The notes under the pieces: generated by a model | What the model was told of the DNA's origin: nothing | The model's input: only the letters and a program-made list of their open reading frames with translations | Database searches by the model: none | Translations under genes and position numbers: made by a program | Part shown: positions 24,343 to 37,465 of the stretch, piece by piece | Layout of the letters: every line of letters starts with the position of its first letter | Numbering within the stretch: the stretch's first letter is position 1 | Assembly (NCBI GenBank): GCA_964106915.2 | Contig: OZ066923.1 | Length of the DNA stretch: 64,000 nt | Source of the DNA: Podarcis gaigeae | Taxonomy: Eukaryota | Strand: one strand, 5' to 3'

Positions 24343-25287
24343 GATTTCCTAGCTCAGTTGATAGACTCCCCCACCCCAATTGTATCAGATCCAAAAAGAG
24401 GTAATTAATAGGTAATAAAATTAACATTTTTTGAAAATTGAAAAACTCTGATGGCAAGCAATAAAAACATGTTAATTCGCAAGGTGAGCCTCCCCCCCCA
24501 TTTTTTTCAAAATTGAAAAAAGGGTGAAATTCCATGTTAGTCATACATTTCAGTAGGTGAGCATTAGTATGTCTTAAGTGGGTATTGCCTACTCTTTATA
24601 TCAGGTACATCCAAAGTTTGTTTCAGGTGCCTAATCCGGCCCTTCACCTCATCAAATCTGGCCCTCTTTGAAAAAAGATTGGAGACCACTGCTTTATATA
24701 TGTTGACTTTCAATATTCAGGTTTAACTTCTGTGCATCCAGACTTCTGAGCAAAGTTTTGGAGTCCTAGAGCTTTCATGATAGAAAATCTGAACTATAGT
24801 TTTGTTGGGCACTTTGATCCATTATGCCATAAGAAAGGAAGCACGTCTTTAGTCTGTACTGTAGCACTTTGGTCAGTAGCCCTACATAGATATTGTTCTG
24901 ACTGCTGCCTATAAACGGTAAAAATTACTATTTGTGATACTAGTTTTGATCACATGCATTTGGGAGAATGGAAGAAAACTAGATTGGTTGGCTTCCTTAC
25001 ACTGTACTATATTCTTTCATGTTGTGGAAGGCTTTCTTATACTACTTCTTACACCTTTCATAGCACAGTTGCAATTTTAAAATAAGTCTTTTTGAAATTT
25101 GAATATTGTGTGTTCAAAGATGTAATTTTTCTGCAAATTATGGCGGATAGTTCAGCTGTGGTACCCTTTTTCTGTTTCAGCAAATGTCTGATTTATTTCT
25201 GGCTGGTAATGCAGTGTGATCTCTTCAAAACATTGCAGTGATTAACTTGAAATTCTAGTTATGAAACTGTGTTGTAGCATGATCCTT

Positions 25288-25353
25288 AAAGTAGGTCATT
25301 GTGACGGGAGTAGTCCAAACAGGCTGCTGGTTGCTAGAGCAACGACCTATTTA
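25288..25353 (+). promoter_or_regulatory. CRY1 intron-1 RRE (ROR/REV-ERB) enhancer
   Basis: AAAGTAGGTCA at 25288-25298 followed by ttgtgacgggagta...ctggttgcta..gc..cgacctattta; matches the inverted RRE pair known from mammalian Cry1 intron 1. Confidence 0.88.
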
Positions 25354-26596
25354 AGAAGCCCTTTCTGTTGATTCATATTGAAACAATCCTTTAGAAATCA
25401 TATAAGGAAATGAGTTAAAAGCTAACACAGATGGAGAGAAATATTAAGGGTTTGTTATACTGGGTGTCTTTCTCTTCCCTACTCCCTTTCCCCAATCTGT
25501 TGGGGACTTTGAAGATTAAATTGTATATGTTCTGTTCTCAAGAGGTTCTCTTTCCATTTAGGCCTCCTTTGCACACTTAGATTGATTATCATTTTTCTTA
25601 AAGCATGCATAGTATTGTTTCATTTAATTCTAACTTGATAAACTGTTATTACAAATTATTCAGTGTGTCTGTATATTGAGCTTTCATGCAAAGTACTTAG
25701 ACATTTTAAATAGAACAATGTAATTCTGATTATGTGCAAGGAAATAGTTGAATATGTTATGTTAATAGCTTGCCTTTTCCTCTGGGAAAGTGAAAATGAC
25801 ATTTTAACCTTAAAACAATTCTGAAAGAAGTAGCTGAGGCTGAGAGATTATATGCTTGTATCTGTAGTTAGTGAGGAGATTTGATTCTGGATTTCACACA
25901 TCCAGACTCTAGTCATTGCACTACACTGTAAGTGTATGCATGGATGTACACACAGAGTAACAAAAACAGATACATTACGTATTTGAAAATCTTTGGTTGA
26001 TCAGCAGAGGAATGCTTTGATCAGCTTTCAATGTAGCATTTGTCTACTCTGTAAAAGTTGAAAAGATAGATGTGAGAGCAGGGTAGATAATACTTCTAGA
26101 ATCTCAGAAGGGATTGTCAGTAGTGGCAGCGTCTTCCTTTCATCTGCATTAGGTGAACAGAAAAGCCAATAATTAGTTGTGTATTTTTTCTTTGCTTATT
26201 TTTGCCCTCTAGATTCACAAACAAAGAACCAGTGTGATCTGAAGTTGAGAATCCGATCAAGATGGAGTGGGGGATCAAATTCTTAAAGCCAATAAGTTCA
26301 CTTGTGGACCCTGGGCCAATCACTGTCTCGCAGCCTAACCTGTCTCACATGATTGTAGTGAGGATAATATGGAGGGAGGAACCAGTACCCTGCACATCTT
26401 CAAAATCTGCTCCTGTGTATTGGGGACCTTCTGGAGCAGATTTGGGGTTGGGAGGAGGAGAGGAGAGTCCTGTTGCATAAACAGAGCTTTACTGGTACAG
26501 CATTAAATACAGCTGTCTGTGTGCTGCATCTTGAAGCATGTGCTTCTTGGAAGAAGAGGCAGAATACAAAAATTGCAAATGAATAATAAGTGCATA

Positions 26597-26919
26597 TCTC
26601 ATTATACACGACAAAGCCATTTTTCACTTTTTCACCCCTTGCTACTTCCTGTAAGACCTATTGCAGTCGTTAAGAGTCGTCAACTCTTAACACAGCTATC
26701 TGCCAATCACCCATTCCCACCACCCTTCTGAGTAATACCCCTCCCCACCTTCTCACTATATAGAAGGGTCTGGAAACTTCTGTTTCAGTGTATCTGAAGA
26801 AGTGTGCATGCACACGAAAGCTCATACCAAGAACTGACTTAGTTGGTCTTTAAGGTGCTACTGGAAGGATTTTTGTTTTGTTTTGACTATGGCAGACCAA
26901 CACGGCTACCTATCTGTAA
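26597..26919 (+). mobile_element. Penelope-like pseudo-LTR fragment in CRY1 intron 1
   Basis: 3' ~130 bp nearly identical to 12591-12720 (inverted); TATA-like tatatagaag; flanking repeat TAAGTGCATA at 26587-26596 and 26917-26926. Confidence 0.82.
26790..26827 (+). ncRNA. minimal type I hammerhead ribozyme motif, sense to CRY1 pre-mRNA
   Basis: GUAU-CUGAAGA-A-GUGUGC-AU-GCACAC-GAAA-GCUC-AUAC; predicted cleavage after C26823. Confidence 0.8.
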
Positions 26920-27359
26920 GTGCATAAAGAATATCAGTTGAGCTTGTGCAAATAATATTTTTCATAGCACAAGATATCTAAGAACTATAGGTTATGAATA
27001 GTAGCTTTCACCATTCAAAAATTAGAGCTTATAATGGAAGTTTTTTTTGGGGGGGAAATGGGGCTGGGAATGAGAGTCTAGGATCCAGCAGCTATGGGCA
27101 TCTCTGCCTCTGCTCTAGAAAAGAACCACTTTTTGAGGTTGGCACTGTTTATTTGAAATGAGGTAATTTTGATCAGACTTGGGTGATAATTTTAGAACTG
27201 TTCTTTAAAATTGTTAATTTACATTTTAATAAATTCATAAAGTTGTATGGTTGCTATACAGATTATAGGTCACTTTTGACACTTAAGACCATCACTGCTG
27301 TTGAATAAGAACAACTTCCTCTTCCACTTGACTGAAGTACTATGTTTGCAAATAAGATA

Positions 27360-27601
27360 AAAGGTAAAGGGACCCCTGACCATTAGGTCCGGTCGTGGCC
27401 GACTCTGGGGTTGCGTCGCTCATCTCGCTTTATTGGCCGAGGGAGCCGGCGTACAGCTTCCGGGTCATGTGGCCAGCATGACTAAGCCGCTTCTGGCGAA
27501 CCAGAGCAGCTCATGGAAACGCCGTTTACCTTCCCGCCGGAGTGGTACCTATTTATCTAATTGCACTTTGATGTGCTTTCGAACTGCTAGGTTGGCAGGA
27601 G
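27360..27601 (-). mobile_element. Sauria SINE, 5'-truncated
   Basis: ACCTTT tail; TSD GCAAATAAGATA. Confidence 0.9.
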
Positions 27602-27739
27602 GCAAATAAGATAGGTGTTACATAAATATCTTCTATAGCTTCATCTCTGATTATATGGGCTAAGAGCACTCAGGTCATAATATCAGACTTGTAGTGTACA
27701 TAATAGAAGTCCTCTAAAAATGAATTGTTGTTGAATTGT

Positions 27740-28075
27740 GGCTGTTCAGCTGGTTGCCAGTCTGCTACTGGGCCAAGTTCAAGGTGTTGCTATTATTATA
27801 CAAAACCCATAATAACTTGGGACCAGTTTACCTACGAGATTGCCTTACCCCACATGTGCCCACTTGACTGCTTCAATCAGTGGAATTGGCACTAGTATAG
27901 GTGCCACAAAATACCCATTCCACATTTGTGAGAACTCAATTGTTTAGTGCGGCAGCACCTGCACCTTGGAACTCCCTGCTTATTGATATCTAGCAAGCAT
28001 TTTCTTTGTATTCTTTTTGGCACCTACTAAAAACATTCTTATTTAGGCAAGGCTACTGAAATGCTTAGAAATGCT
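27740..28075 (+). mobile_element. decayed L2-like LINE 3' fragment
   Basis: cagctggttgccagtctgctactgggccaagttcaaggtgttg...gcaccttggaactccctgc resembles the L2 RT C-terminal region. Confidence 0.55.
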
Positions 28076-28999
28076 GGTGTTAATTTTAATCTGTTTTAGT
28101 ATTTTAATGTTTTGTTGTTTTAAAGAATTTTATTTATCTTTTTGTAAACCATGGTGAGGTGTTTTGGGTTTTTGTTTTACAATCAAGCTGTTTATCACTT
28201 TTATGAAACAAACAAACAAAAATACTGATTGCTAGAAAGAAAGCATTCCAGTTTGCAGTTTTTTCTCTCTTTGCCACTCAGCTGAGTTATTTTGGTCACA
28301 GTGAGTAGGTTTTAATGCAATCCTTTAAAACAATAGTTGAAATATAAGTCTGTCTTAAATATCAGTGCACATCTGTGTTTCTGAAAAATGAGAAACATAC
28401 CCATCAAACTATAGGAATATTGCAGAAGACCTGTAGGATTAAGCAAGGCAGGCAGTTGACTTAGTATTGCTATTCTATAATTACAATTGTTCTAAGACTG
28501 ATAATTCAATTTAATAAAGAAATTTAATTATGCAACAATGAACTATTAAACATTTCTAGGAATGCTACCATAAATATATGAGATGAATTAGAAAAAGCTT
28601 AAAGGTAAAGACTTATTCATTTCTTAACAAAACTGCTGATCTCAGCCCCCTTCCCCTGGGGTTTGGCTATATCATGCTTAATTGAAAGCAAAAAATAGGT
28701 TAGCAACTTTTTAATGCTTAAATTAAAATTGTTTCAGGAGAAAAATGCATTTTAAAGTGTATATCTAAATTCATTCCAGTTGACCCTGCTATTATATCTC
28801 TACTTAAGCATTCTGTGTTGAACCAGACTCTGGTCCATAAAAATTAATAGTGTGATAAATCTGTTATCATTAAGGTGCCATAGGATTCTTTGTTTTTGCT
28901 GCAAAAGACTAACCTGGCTACCATTCTGGAATTTCTTACAATGTAAGATCACTCTTCTGCCATTCAGGAAAATGAAGCTAACTGTATTAGGCACATTTA

Positions 29000-29334
29000 A
29001 AGGTAAAGGACCCCTGACAGTTAAGTCCAGTCGTGAACGACTCTGAGGTTGCAGCGCTCATCTCGCTTTACTGGCTGACAGTATTTCCGGGTCATGTAAC
29101 CAGCATGACTAAGCCGCTTCTGGTGAAACCAGGGCAGCGCACGGAAACATAGTTTACCTTCCCGCCAGAGCGGTACATATTTATCTACTTGCACTTTGAC
29201 GTGCTTTCAAACTGCTAGGTTGGCAGGAGCTGGGATCGAGCAAGGGGAGTTCACCCCATTGCGGGGAATTGAACCACCGACCTTCCAGTCGGCAAGCCCT
29301 AGGCTCAGTAGTTTAGACCACAGTGCCACCCGCA
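29000..29334 (-). mobile_element. Sauria SINE
   Basis: 17-bp TSD TGTATTAGGCACATTTA. Confidence 0.9.
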
Positions 29335-30086
29335 TGTATTAGGCACATTTAGCAGCACATAAAATTCAGTAGTTTCCCATGAACTGTTGTACCTGAAATA
29401 TAATATAATATGAAATTATAATTAATGTAACAAAGTACCTGAATTTGCTTTGATGAAGAAAGCAAAGGTGTTTGACAGCTAATAGATTCTGTGGAAAACA
29501 TTCTGTGCAAAACATTTAAATCCTGTCTGAGCTTAATCGTCTTAAGAGTTCCAAAAGTGCATATTGGTCCTGCTATTATTCCATTACAGATATCACAGAG
29601 TAATACATCTTCTCTGAATTTGCTGACATCTTTGGCAGCACTGTAAACTGCTCTGTGATCCTCAGATGGGCAATATTTAAATTTATTTAATAATAATAAT
29701 CTTGACTATTGATTTTTTTGGCAAATCATCTACACAGTGAGACTATGCACTGAGAAGATGTCAGCAGTTTCGTGTTCCCCATCCTAGTGCCCATCTACAT
29801 GCTGTTGGTCTGGAAATAATAATCCCTGACCATAAGATATGCTAGCCAAGACTGATGCAGTGCAGCAATATCTAGGGGGTACAAGGTTGGGGAAGGCTGC
29901 TAAAATGTGAGGTTTTATTATAACACCAGTTTTTACACTATTAGAACATTTACATGAACCCTTGAATGTGTGCATAATTGTGACAGTTGGGTTACAACTG
30001 TTCCTTCATGCAGAAAATCTTGTTAACTTCAGAGAGGCTTTTCAGAAAATAAATGTGTCCCCCCCCCCCCTATATCTTCCTTACAG

Positions 30087-30195
30087 GTTTTTGCTTCAGT
30101 GTCTTGAAGATTTGGATGCCAATTTACGAAAGTTAAATTCTCGTTTATTTGTGATTCGAGGGCAGCCTGCAGATGTGTTTCCAAGGCTCTTTAAG
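30087..30195 (+). CDS. CRY1: CRY1 coding exon 2 (109 nt)
   Basis: ttacAG|G; [36 protein letters not shown]; AAG|GTAAAA. Confidence 0.97.
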
Positions 30196-30815
30196 GTAAA
30201 ATCCGATGCTTTTCTCCAGTGCTATTTCTGTGCAACTTCTATACATTTATCAAGTTGTTTCAACATAACATAATGTATTCACATTTGATTTGGAGAGCTC
30301 TTGAAACTCACAGGAACATGAACAGATCTAGCTACTCTGGATCAATGTTGTGATTTTTTTTAGTGCTATGGCAAAATTTGAAAAGCAGTACACACACAAC
30401 AAGTTCAGGTGTGTAACTTTTCTCAGATATATATAAAAATGTTCAAAATTAAAACTCCCTTCAAAAATTGTTTTATTTTCATTGTGATGCAATACTGTCA
30501 CAATACACTGTACATGTACACAAACATTAAGATGTTTGTAGTGACAAACAAAAAGCTGCTTAGGGTATGTTTTGGTAACAGTTGTATCTGCTCATTCCTT
30601 TCTCTTTTGTTCTTCCTTCCTACAAAGCTGTCAAAAATTGGTAGATATTTTTCAAGTGAAACAAAGGTAGAGTGTGTGCAAAAAGACTTATGAAAGAGGA
30701 AAGGCCTGCTTCCATATATTAATGATCCTGTTAATCTGGATTATGCATCTGATCAGTTAGTCTTTTCAGGCAGTGGCTGAAAAAAGTGAATATTAGGGAT
30801 ATACTTGTCAATTTA

Positions 30816-31040
30816 CAGTGGTACCTTGGGTTACAGACGCTTCAGGTTACAGACACTTCAAGTTACGGACTCCACTAACCCAGAAATAGTACCTCGGGTT
30901 AAGAACTTTGCTTCAGGATGAGAACAGAAATCTTGCGGCGGCGGCAGGAGGCCCCATTAGCTAAAGTGGTACCTCAGGTTAAGAACAGTTTATGAACGGA
31001 CTTCCAGAACAAATTAAGTTCTTAACCCAAGGTACCACTA
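30816..31040. mobile_element. Tc1/mariner MITE (CAGTGGTACC family)
   Basis: TA-flanked TIRs cagtggtaccttgggtta / taacccaaggtaccacta. Confidence 0.85.
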
Positions 31041-31367
31041 TACTCTTAAGGCCTTTGAGACTGCATTTGGGATAGATGTTCATTTTTCTGCAAGCCTGTA
31101 CTGTTACACCTATAGCTTCCTGAGAGGAGGGAGCTATAGATACTACTTCAGTTTGCTTAAATCTTTCATGGCAGAACTCTTGGCTCACATATTCTGTGCA
31201 GCCAACTACAGTTGCAGAAATTCTGAATTTTTTGGGCTGTTCATATGCTACTGTATACATTTGGCCACTTGTGTTTTTGGTTTGACTGTATTAATGTTCA
31301 TTTATGTTATCCCTATTTCTCCATGATCTGAAACAACTATCCTTTTAACCCTTTTTCAAAACTGCAG

Positions 31368-31510
31368 GAATGGAACATTACAAAACTTTCTATTGAGTAT
31401 GACTCTGAGCCATTTGGGAAGGAGAGAGATGCAGCAATTAAGAAGTTGGCTAGTGAAGCAGGAGTGGAAGTCATTGTACGAATTTCACATACTTTATATG
31501 ACCTAGATAA
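31368..31510 (+). CDS. CRY1: CRY1 coding exon 3 (143 nt)
   Basis: ctgcAG|; [47 protein letters not shown]; AA|GTAAGT. Confidence 0.97.
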
Positions 31511-32490
31511 GTAAGTTAATAGTTTTGTGAATTTAAAATGAGAAAGATAAGCTTCCTGGTAACATAATATGCAATATATATAAGTTTTAGCAATGATGTG
31601 GGAAAAAATCATTACCATATTTTCCATGAATATGTTCCTATTTATGAATGTATTCATAAATATTGTCACATAATGATTTGGTTCCATACCAGTCAAATTT
31701 GGCAGCTTACTTACCAGTGTTTTCAAAGTGTGGAAAGTGTGTTCTATTTATTTATCGCATCTTGGAATACTCAGTATTCACAAAAAATAATAATAATAAT
31801 TTCCAGCTGGGGAGGAAAAAAAGCTGCCCCAAAAGCTGTCCTTTGAAAGCAGTGCATGGACACCAAGCTTCTTTCTTTTGCAAAGCACTCCCAGGCAGTG
31901 CTCCCGCCTCCTGTTTCAGCCCTAAGTCTTGCGATGGTACCAAAAGATAGATTTTCCTCCCCTCTCAATCACCTGATAGGGAGAGGAAGAAAGAAGGAAC
32001 TTTTTGGGAAATTTCAGCGGCTGGGGGGGGGGGGAGAAAACCCTTGGACTCTGCACTTTCACACATCAGCTGACCTCATGAGAAGCATCAGCCGATGAAT
32101 AGGTGGGCATAGTCTGGGGGAAATGGCATTGCAGGCCAAAATCGGCTCTTCATTCCAGATGAAAACTGCAGTGTATGGCTTTCACTAGTTTTCTTGTCAC
32201 CTTTTTATAAATATTTCTTGTCTAACTTATTTCTATCATTAATTCATAGGTTGGTTATTTGCCTGGGTGGTAATGCTTACACTTGCAGTCTAATACAACT
32301 ACAGTGGTTGACTCTTTAGGCTTTTCTGTGGACATTTGATAAAGGAATGTAAGCTCTGTAACTGCAATATAATGGGACTGTTATTTGTAGATATAAGAGA
32401 ATTCATGTCAAGGGTAAGAAAAATTTGCAGTTTCCTACAGTGTTTTGTAACAACATTACCTTAAGTTAAAATTTTCTTCCATGTTTTTAG

Positions 32491-32675
32491 GATTATAGAA
32501 TTAAATGGAGGACAGCCACCCCTTACCTATAAGAGATTCCAGACTTTAATAAGTAGAATGGAGCCATTGGAGATGCCTGTAGAAACTATTACTGCGGAAG
32601 TAATGTCAAAGTGTACCACTCCAGTTTCTGATGACCATGATGAAAAATATGGTGTTCCATCTTTGGAAGAACTAG
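32491..32675 (+). CDS. CRY1: CRY1 coding exon 4 (185 nt)
   Basis: ttttAG|; [25 protein letters not shown]...[10 protein letters not shown]; G|GTAATC. Confidence 0.97.
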
Positions 32676-33301
32676 GTAATCCAAGAAACTTCATTAATAT
32701 TCTTCCCACACTACAAAAATAAATGCCAGTATTTTTAATGGCCCTTCTGTTGTACTGTCTGTGTTCGTAGAAAATTGACAATCAGGGCTGCACACAAAAA
32801 GTCTGTCCCTGGTTTTCCCTCAACCTGTGACCAAAGGGATTATAAATCCCTGACACTGTAGCTGACTTGAAGAAGAATAATGAGCAAATGCTGTTGGTTA
32901 GTTAGTATCACGTTGATAGAAATATCCTTAAATCAATTCAAATTGAATTAATTAATTCATTAATTCAATTTGAATTTCAAGAGAAGCATTTTTCCTAATA
33001 CACTTAATTTATTCTCCCAGTACTGTATTCAAGGTGGAGTGTCTAAAGCTAGAAACTTACAAGAAGAATGAATAATCTCTCTTCGGAGGACACTTACAAC
33101 CATTGACTTAAAAAAACTTTTATTATAACAGAAAATAGACCTGGTTTGCTATTTGACAAGAAATATGAGTAAGACTGTAAGACTTTGTAGGGGATCACAT
33201 ACCTTTTATTTCAGTTAAATACAAACATTTGGTCAAAGGATATCAATCTAGATGCATGGGCATTAGAGACCAATTATAAATTCTGTATTCAGCAATTCTT
33301 G

Positions 33302-33610
33302 GAATCATAGCATTGAGGTGAAAGGGATCCTGAGGGTCATCTAGGCCAGTGTTCCCCAACCTTGGGCCTCCAGATGTTTTGGACTACAATTCCCATCATT
33401 CCTGACCACTGGTCCTGTTAGCTAGGGATCATGGGAGTTGTAGGCCAAAACATCTGGAGGGCCGCAGGTTGGGGATGCCTGATCTAGGCCAACCTGCTGC
33501 TATGCAGTGCATCCATAACAGATGGCCATCCAACCTCTGCTTAAAAACCTCCAGTGAAAGAGAGTCCACCACCTTCCAAGGGAATCTATTCCACTGTTGA
33601 ACAGCTCTTA
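33302..33610 (-). mobile_element. CR1-like LINE 3' fragment (related fragment near 62075-62250)
   Basis: Minus-strand ORF remnant RAVQQWNRFPWKVVDSLSLEVFKQRLDGHL is typical of the CR1 RT C-terminus; ATTC-type tail. Confidence 0.75.
33347..33481. mobile_element. short palindromic hAT MITE nested in the CR1 fragment
   Basis: 8-bp TSD ATCTAGGC at 33339-33346 and 33482-33489; internal inverted repeat. Confidence 0.88.
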
Positions 33611-34185
33611 GTACTACTACTACTTTTATTAATGCTATATCCATATGCATATAAGCATTTTTCCCCATAGCAGGGTTACTTCTGAGATGACGAATGTAAA
33701 ATTATTGTTATTAATCACCTTCCACATCCCTCTTAAGGAGATGTACAAAATATAATAAACAGCTAAAACAATTAAAAATAACAAGAAAATGTGTTTAAAA
33801 AGAAACCTAGTCAAAATACGTGAAGTTGATTGCTATCGTTTATCCTTAAAAATTCTGAGGGAAGCTGTTTTATTACGAAATGAAAACAGCTCTCTGTTGT
33901 TCACTTGCTAGACATTATTGCATTACAGCAAACGTTTCAGACACGGCAATAACAAAATTTGGGCTGTGTTCAGTGGTGCCCTTCTATTTTCAGAAGCCCA
34001 TTTCATTCAACAGAGACCTCTAATAGTGGTGGTGGGGGGAGTGATTTTTGTAGATTTCTGCACCCTGTAAACCAGCTTTGGAGAGTTAAGAGACCCTTGG
34101 GTAGTGTGTTGAAAAACAGCTGAAGGGAAATGGGGAATCACCTTCTTTCCCCACATCAGCAGAGACCTGTGGTATTCAGAGAGTA

Positions 34186-34396
34186 CAGTCCTACCTTGGT
34201 TGACGAACGCCTTGCGACTCAAACATTTTGGCTTCCAAATGCCGCAAATCCGGAAGTGAGTATTCTGGTTTGCGAACGTTCTTTGGAACCCGAAGCCATC
34301 CTGCAGCCAATCAGAAGCTGTGCCTTGGTTTCCAAACATTTTGGAAGTCAAATGGACTTCCGTAACAGATTCCATTCAACTTCCGAGGTACCACTC
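34186..34396. mobile_element. Tc1/mariner-type MITE
   Basis: TA-flanked degenerate CAGTGGTACC termini. Confidence 0.65.
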
Positions 34397-34703
34397 TATC
34401 TGCAAATGGAAGGAATCATTCCATATGTCGAAGGGTACTTATGGATGTAGCCACTTGTCTGTTAATTAGAAAAGGAAATAAAAGATCTTTATTAATTTGG
34501 TGGGTAAATATGTAGCACTTTTGAAGCCATGCACATCTTTGGAATCTTTTTGGAACCTAGAAGCTTGTAGTATTTGGATATTTCCCCCTCTGTTATCCTT
34601 GATTTTTAGCATTGATATGCTAGCGAACAATTTCTCACTTGGGAAAACGGGATTCTTGACAAAATTGTTTGGCTGCTATATTTATAATTATTTTATCTTG
34701 CAG

Positions 34704-34792
34704 GTTTTGATACGGATGGATTGCCTTCTGCTGTTTGGCCAGGTGGAGAAACAGAAGCTCTTACAAGATTGGAAAGACATTTGGAAAGAAAG
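34704..34792 (+). CDS. CRY1: CRY1 coding exon 5 (89 nt)
   Basis: ttgcAG|; [30 protein letters not shown]; AAG|GTACAT. Confidence 0.97.
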
Positions 34793-35475
34793 GTACATTC
34801 ACTAGCCTTAACAGACATCAGTTAATTGTGGTTTAATACCTTGTATAGAGGTAAAAAGGTACTGACTAGCATCTGAGGATTTCTATGCTACCTTTCAAAA
34901 CACATCATCCCATGAAGGCTAATGTTTGGTACAAAAACTAACTAAAATAACATCAAAATATTAAATACTAAAAGACAAAGAGCAGCATAGAACAAAGTAG
35001 GCCAACAGACAAACAATTTAAATTGTACCCACCATTTCCCAGAAAGATGAACTGAAATAAAAAGCTCTTTCACACCTACCTAAAAAGCAGATGGGGAGGA
35101 GTGAAATGTATCTCCCTTGTAGAGGTGATCTTCCAAATATTCTTGTTAACTCTTCTAAAGAAATATAATTCAGCTACTTGTTTATGCCTTTATTAACTGG
35201 CTCAAGCATATGGCCCTTGAGGGAGGTGTCAGTATTGTATTGTCGCTGTATTTTCACATAGAGTTCACCTTTTCTCAGTACCTTTTGATTGAAGACCAAT
35301 TGTTGCTTCTAGAATTTACAGGTAAATAAACTGAAGCTGGTAAACGTCAGTGGTTCCAAATTCTGAAATCTAGGTTTGCCATTAGCTGTTGCCAAGTTTC
35401 CATTTTTAAAAAAGTGATTATAAGGGGGAAAAAACCTGAATGAAAAATGTACATAACCTTTTCATTTTTCTTAAG

Positions 35476-35616
35476 GCTTGGGTAGCAAACTTTGAACGAC
35501 CACGAATGAATGCAAATTCTCTTCTTGCAAGTCCCACGGGACTTAGTCCTTACCTACGATTTGGCTGTTTGTCCTGCCGCCTGTTTTACTTCAAGTTAAC
35601 AGACTTATACAAAAAG
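35476..35616 (+). CDS. CRY1: CRY1 coding exon 6 (141 nt)
   Basis: [47 protein letters not shown]; AG/GT flanks. Confidence 0.97.
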
Positions 35617-35716
35617 GTATGAACCAGCCAACTTGAACTGTCAAATACTCATTTAATAATAAAATAAAACTTTTGTTTTTTTAAAAAAGTAATAATTTAT
35701 TTTGCTATCATTTCAG

Positions 35717-36028
35717 GTAAAAAAGAACAGCTCTCCTCCTCTTTCTCTCTATGGCCAGTTGTTGTGGCGTGAATTCTTCTACACAGCAGCCACTAATAAT
35801 CCACGCTTTGATAAAATGGAAGGCAATCCCATATGTGTGCAGATTCCATGGGACAGGAATCCTGAGGCTTTGGCAAAATGGGCAGAGGGCAGGACAGGAT
35901 TCCCTTGGATTGATGCTATTATGACCCAACTACGTCAGGAAGGCTGGATCCACCACTTGGCCAGGCATGCTGTAGCATGCTTCTTGACTCGAGGCGATCT
36001 GTGGATTAGTTGGGAAGAAGGGATGAAG
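35717..36028 (+). CDS. CRY1: CRY1 coding exon 7 (312 nt)
   Basis: [22 protein letters not shown]...[12 protein letters not shown] (FAD-binding domain); AG/GT flanks. Confidence 0.98.
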
Positions 36029-37214
36029 GTACATTTCTTTGTTCCTTAATTGATGACGATTTTTCTTTTGTATTGGCATTTTAAGATTTCAGTTTGATAT
36101 TTTAGTTATGCAGATATTTCTAAATTTCAGGCAGCTTTTGCTACACAACCTATTTATACAGAATATGTTGTATCTAGTGCTGTATTGTTGGTTTTTCTGT
36201 TCATCAAGTTATATATAATGGTATTAGGCCATGGTATTTGTCTCATCCTTTGAATAAATACTCTGAGAAGGCAGTCCTAAACACACATACTAGGAAGTAA
36301 ATCCCACTGATGATGGAATTTACTTCTGAGTAAACATGCTTAGGATTATACTGTAACGGTAGATATTGCTATGGCTTTAGAGTGGAATTTATAGCCCCTT
36401 AAAAAATAGTGAACGCTATGCGCTACTTGTTATATAACCTAAGCAAGGCTAGCTAAATAGCATCATCTAGTGGAGAACAGGCATTATTACATGCCACGCT
36501 CAAAGCTTCCTATGTGAATTTTCCTTTTCTTTACACTGCTCCCTCCCTCAAAAACAAATGCACAGCTCTAAAGCTGTTGAGAATAATACCATGAACATCT
36601 GATCCCGTGGACTGTCTTCATAGCTGCAACAATATGAGCAGTTGCTTGGCCCAGTGCTTCTAAATCAAGTTAAGACACTAGCGAAGGGGCAGCATCTCCC
36701 ACTACTGCCTTGCTTTCAAAGAACTGAACGAACCTATTATGTTCACATTTATTCAGTACAGTACGTATCTTATATTTAAGCCAGGTGAGCAGGCAACAGT
36801 GTCCAGGCCAGCAGAACAGTCTAGGATCACTCCTTTTGCAGTGATGCCCATCTTAAGATCTCCTTAGTTTTGTTTCTCATTTTTAGTCTTAAGTTTATGT
36901 ATATGAGCCACTTTGTGCTTCTGGTGCAGATGAACTCACCTAGATAAAATTATTACTGCTGATTAAGCACAGTTTGGAATTCGGTTGGGTTCTGCTGCGT
37001 GTATCCTCATATTCCTTGCCTCAACGGATTTGGAACAAGAATTTACAGTATACGTTCCTATGCATTATGTCAAGAGTAGGAGTTTTATGTAACTCGTCAT
37101 AGTCATTTTAGCAGCCATGACTCTGATGGCTTTGTCTTAATGCTTCAAAACTGTACAGCATTGAAAACGTATTTCTCAAAAACTATTTGGGCTGACAGAG
37201 TTTTTGTTTTAAAG

Positions 37215-37366
37215 GTATTTGAAGAATTGCTCCTGGATGCTGACTGGAGTGTGAATGCAGGCAGTTGGATGTGGCTGTCCTGTAGCTCCTTCTTCCAGCA
37301 ATTTTTCCATTGCTATTGCCCTGTGGGCTTTGGCAGAAGAACTGACCCTAATGGGGACTATATCAG
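37215..37366 (+). CDS. CRY1: CRY1 coding exon 8 (152 nt)
   Basis: [51 protein letters not shown]; AG|GTTAAG. Confidence 0.97.
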
Positions 37367-37465
37367 GTTAAGTACCATTGCCAATTATTAGAAAAATTAA
37401 AGGGTTAAACAAGCTGTTCTATAAAGGACTTGGTGACTTAAACTTTTTCTTCTTTTCTTTATAAG

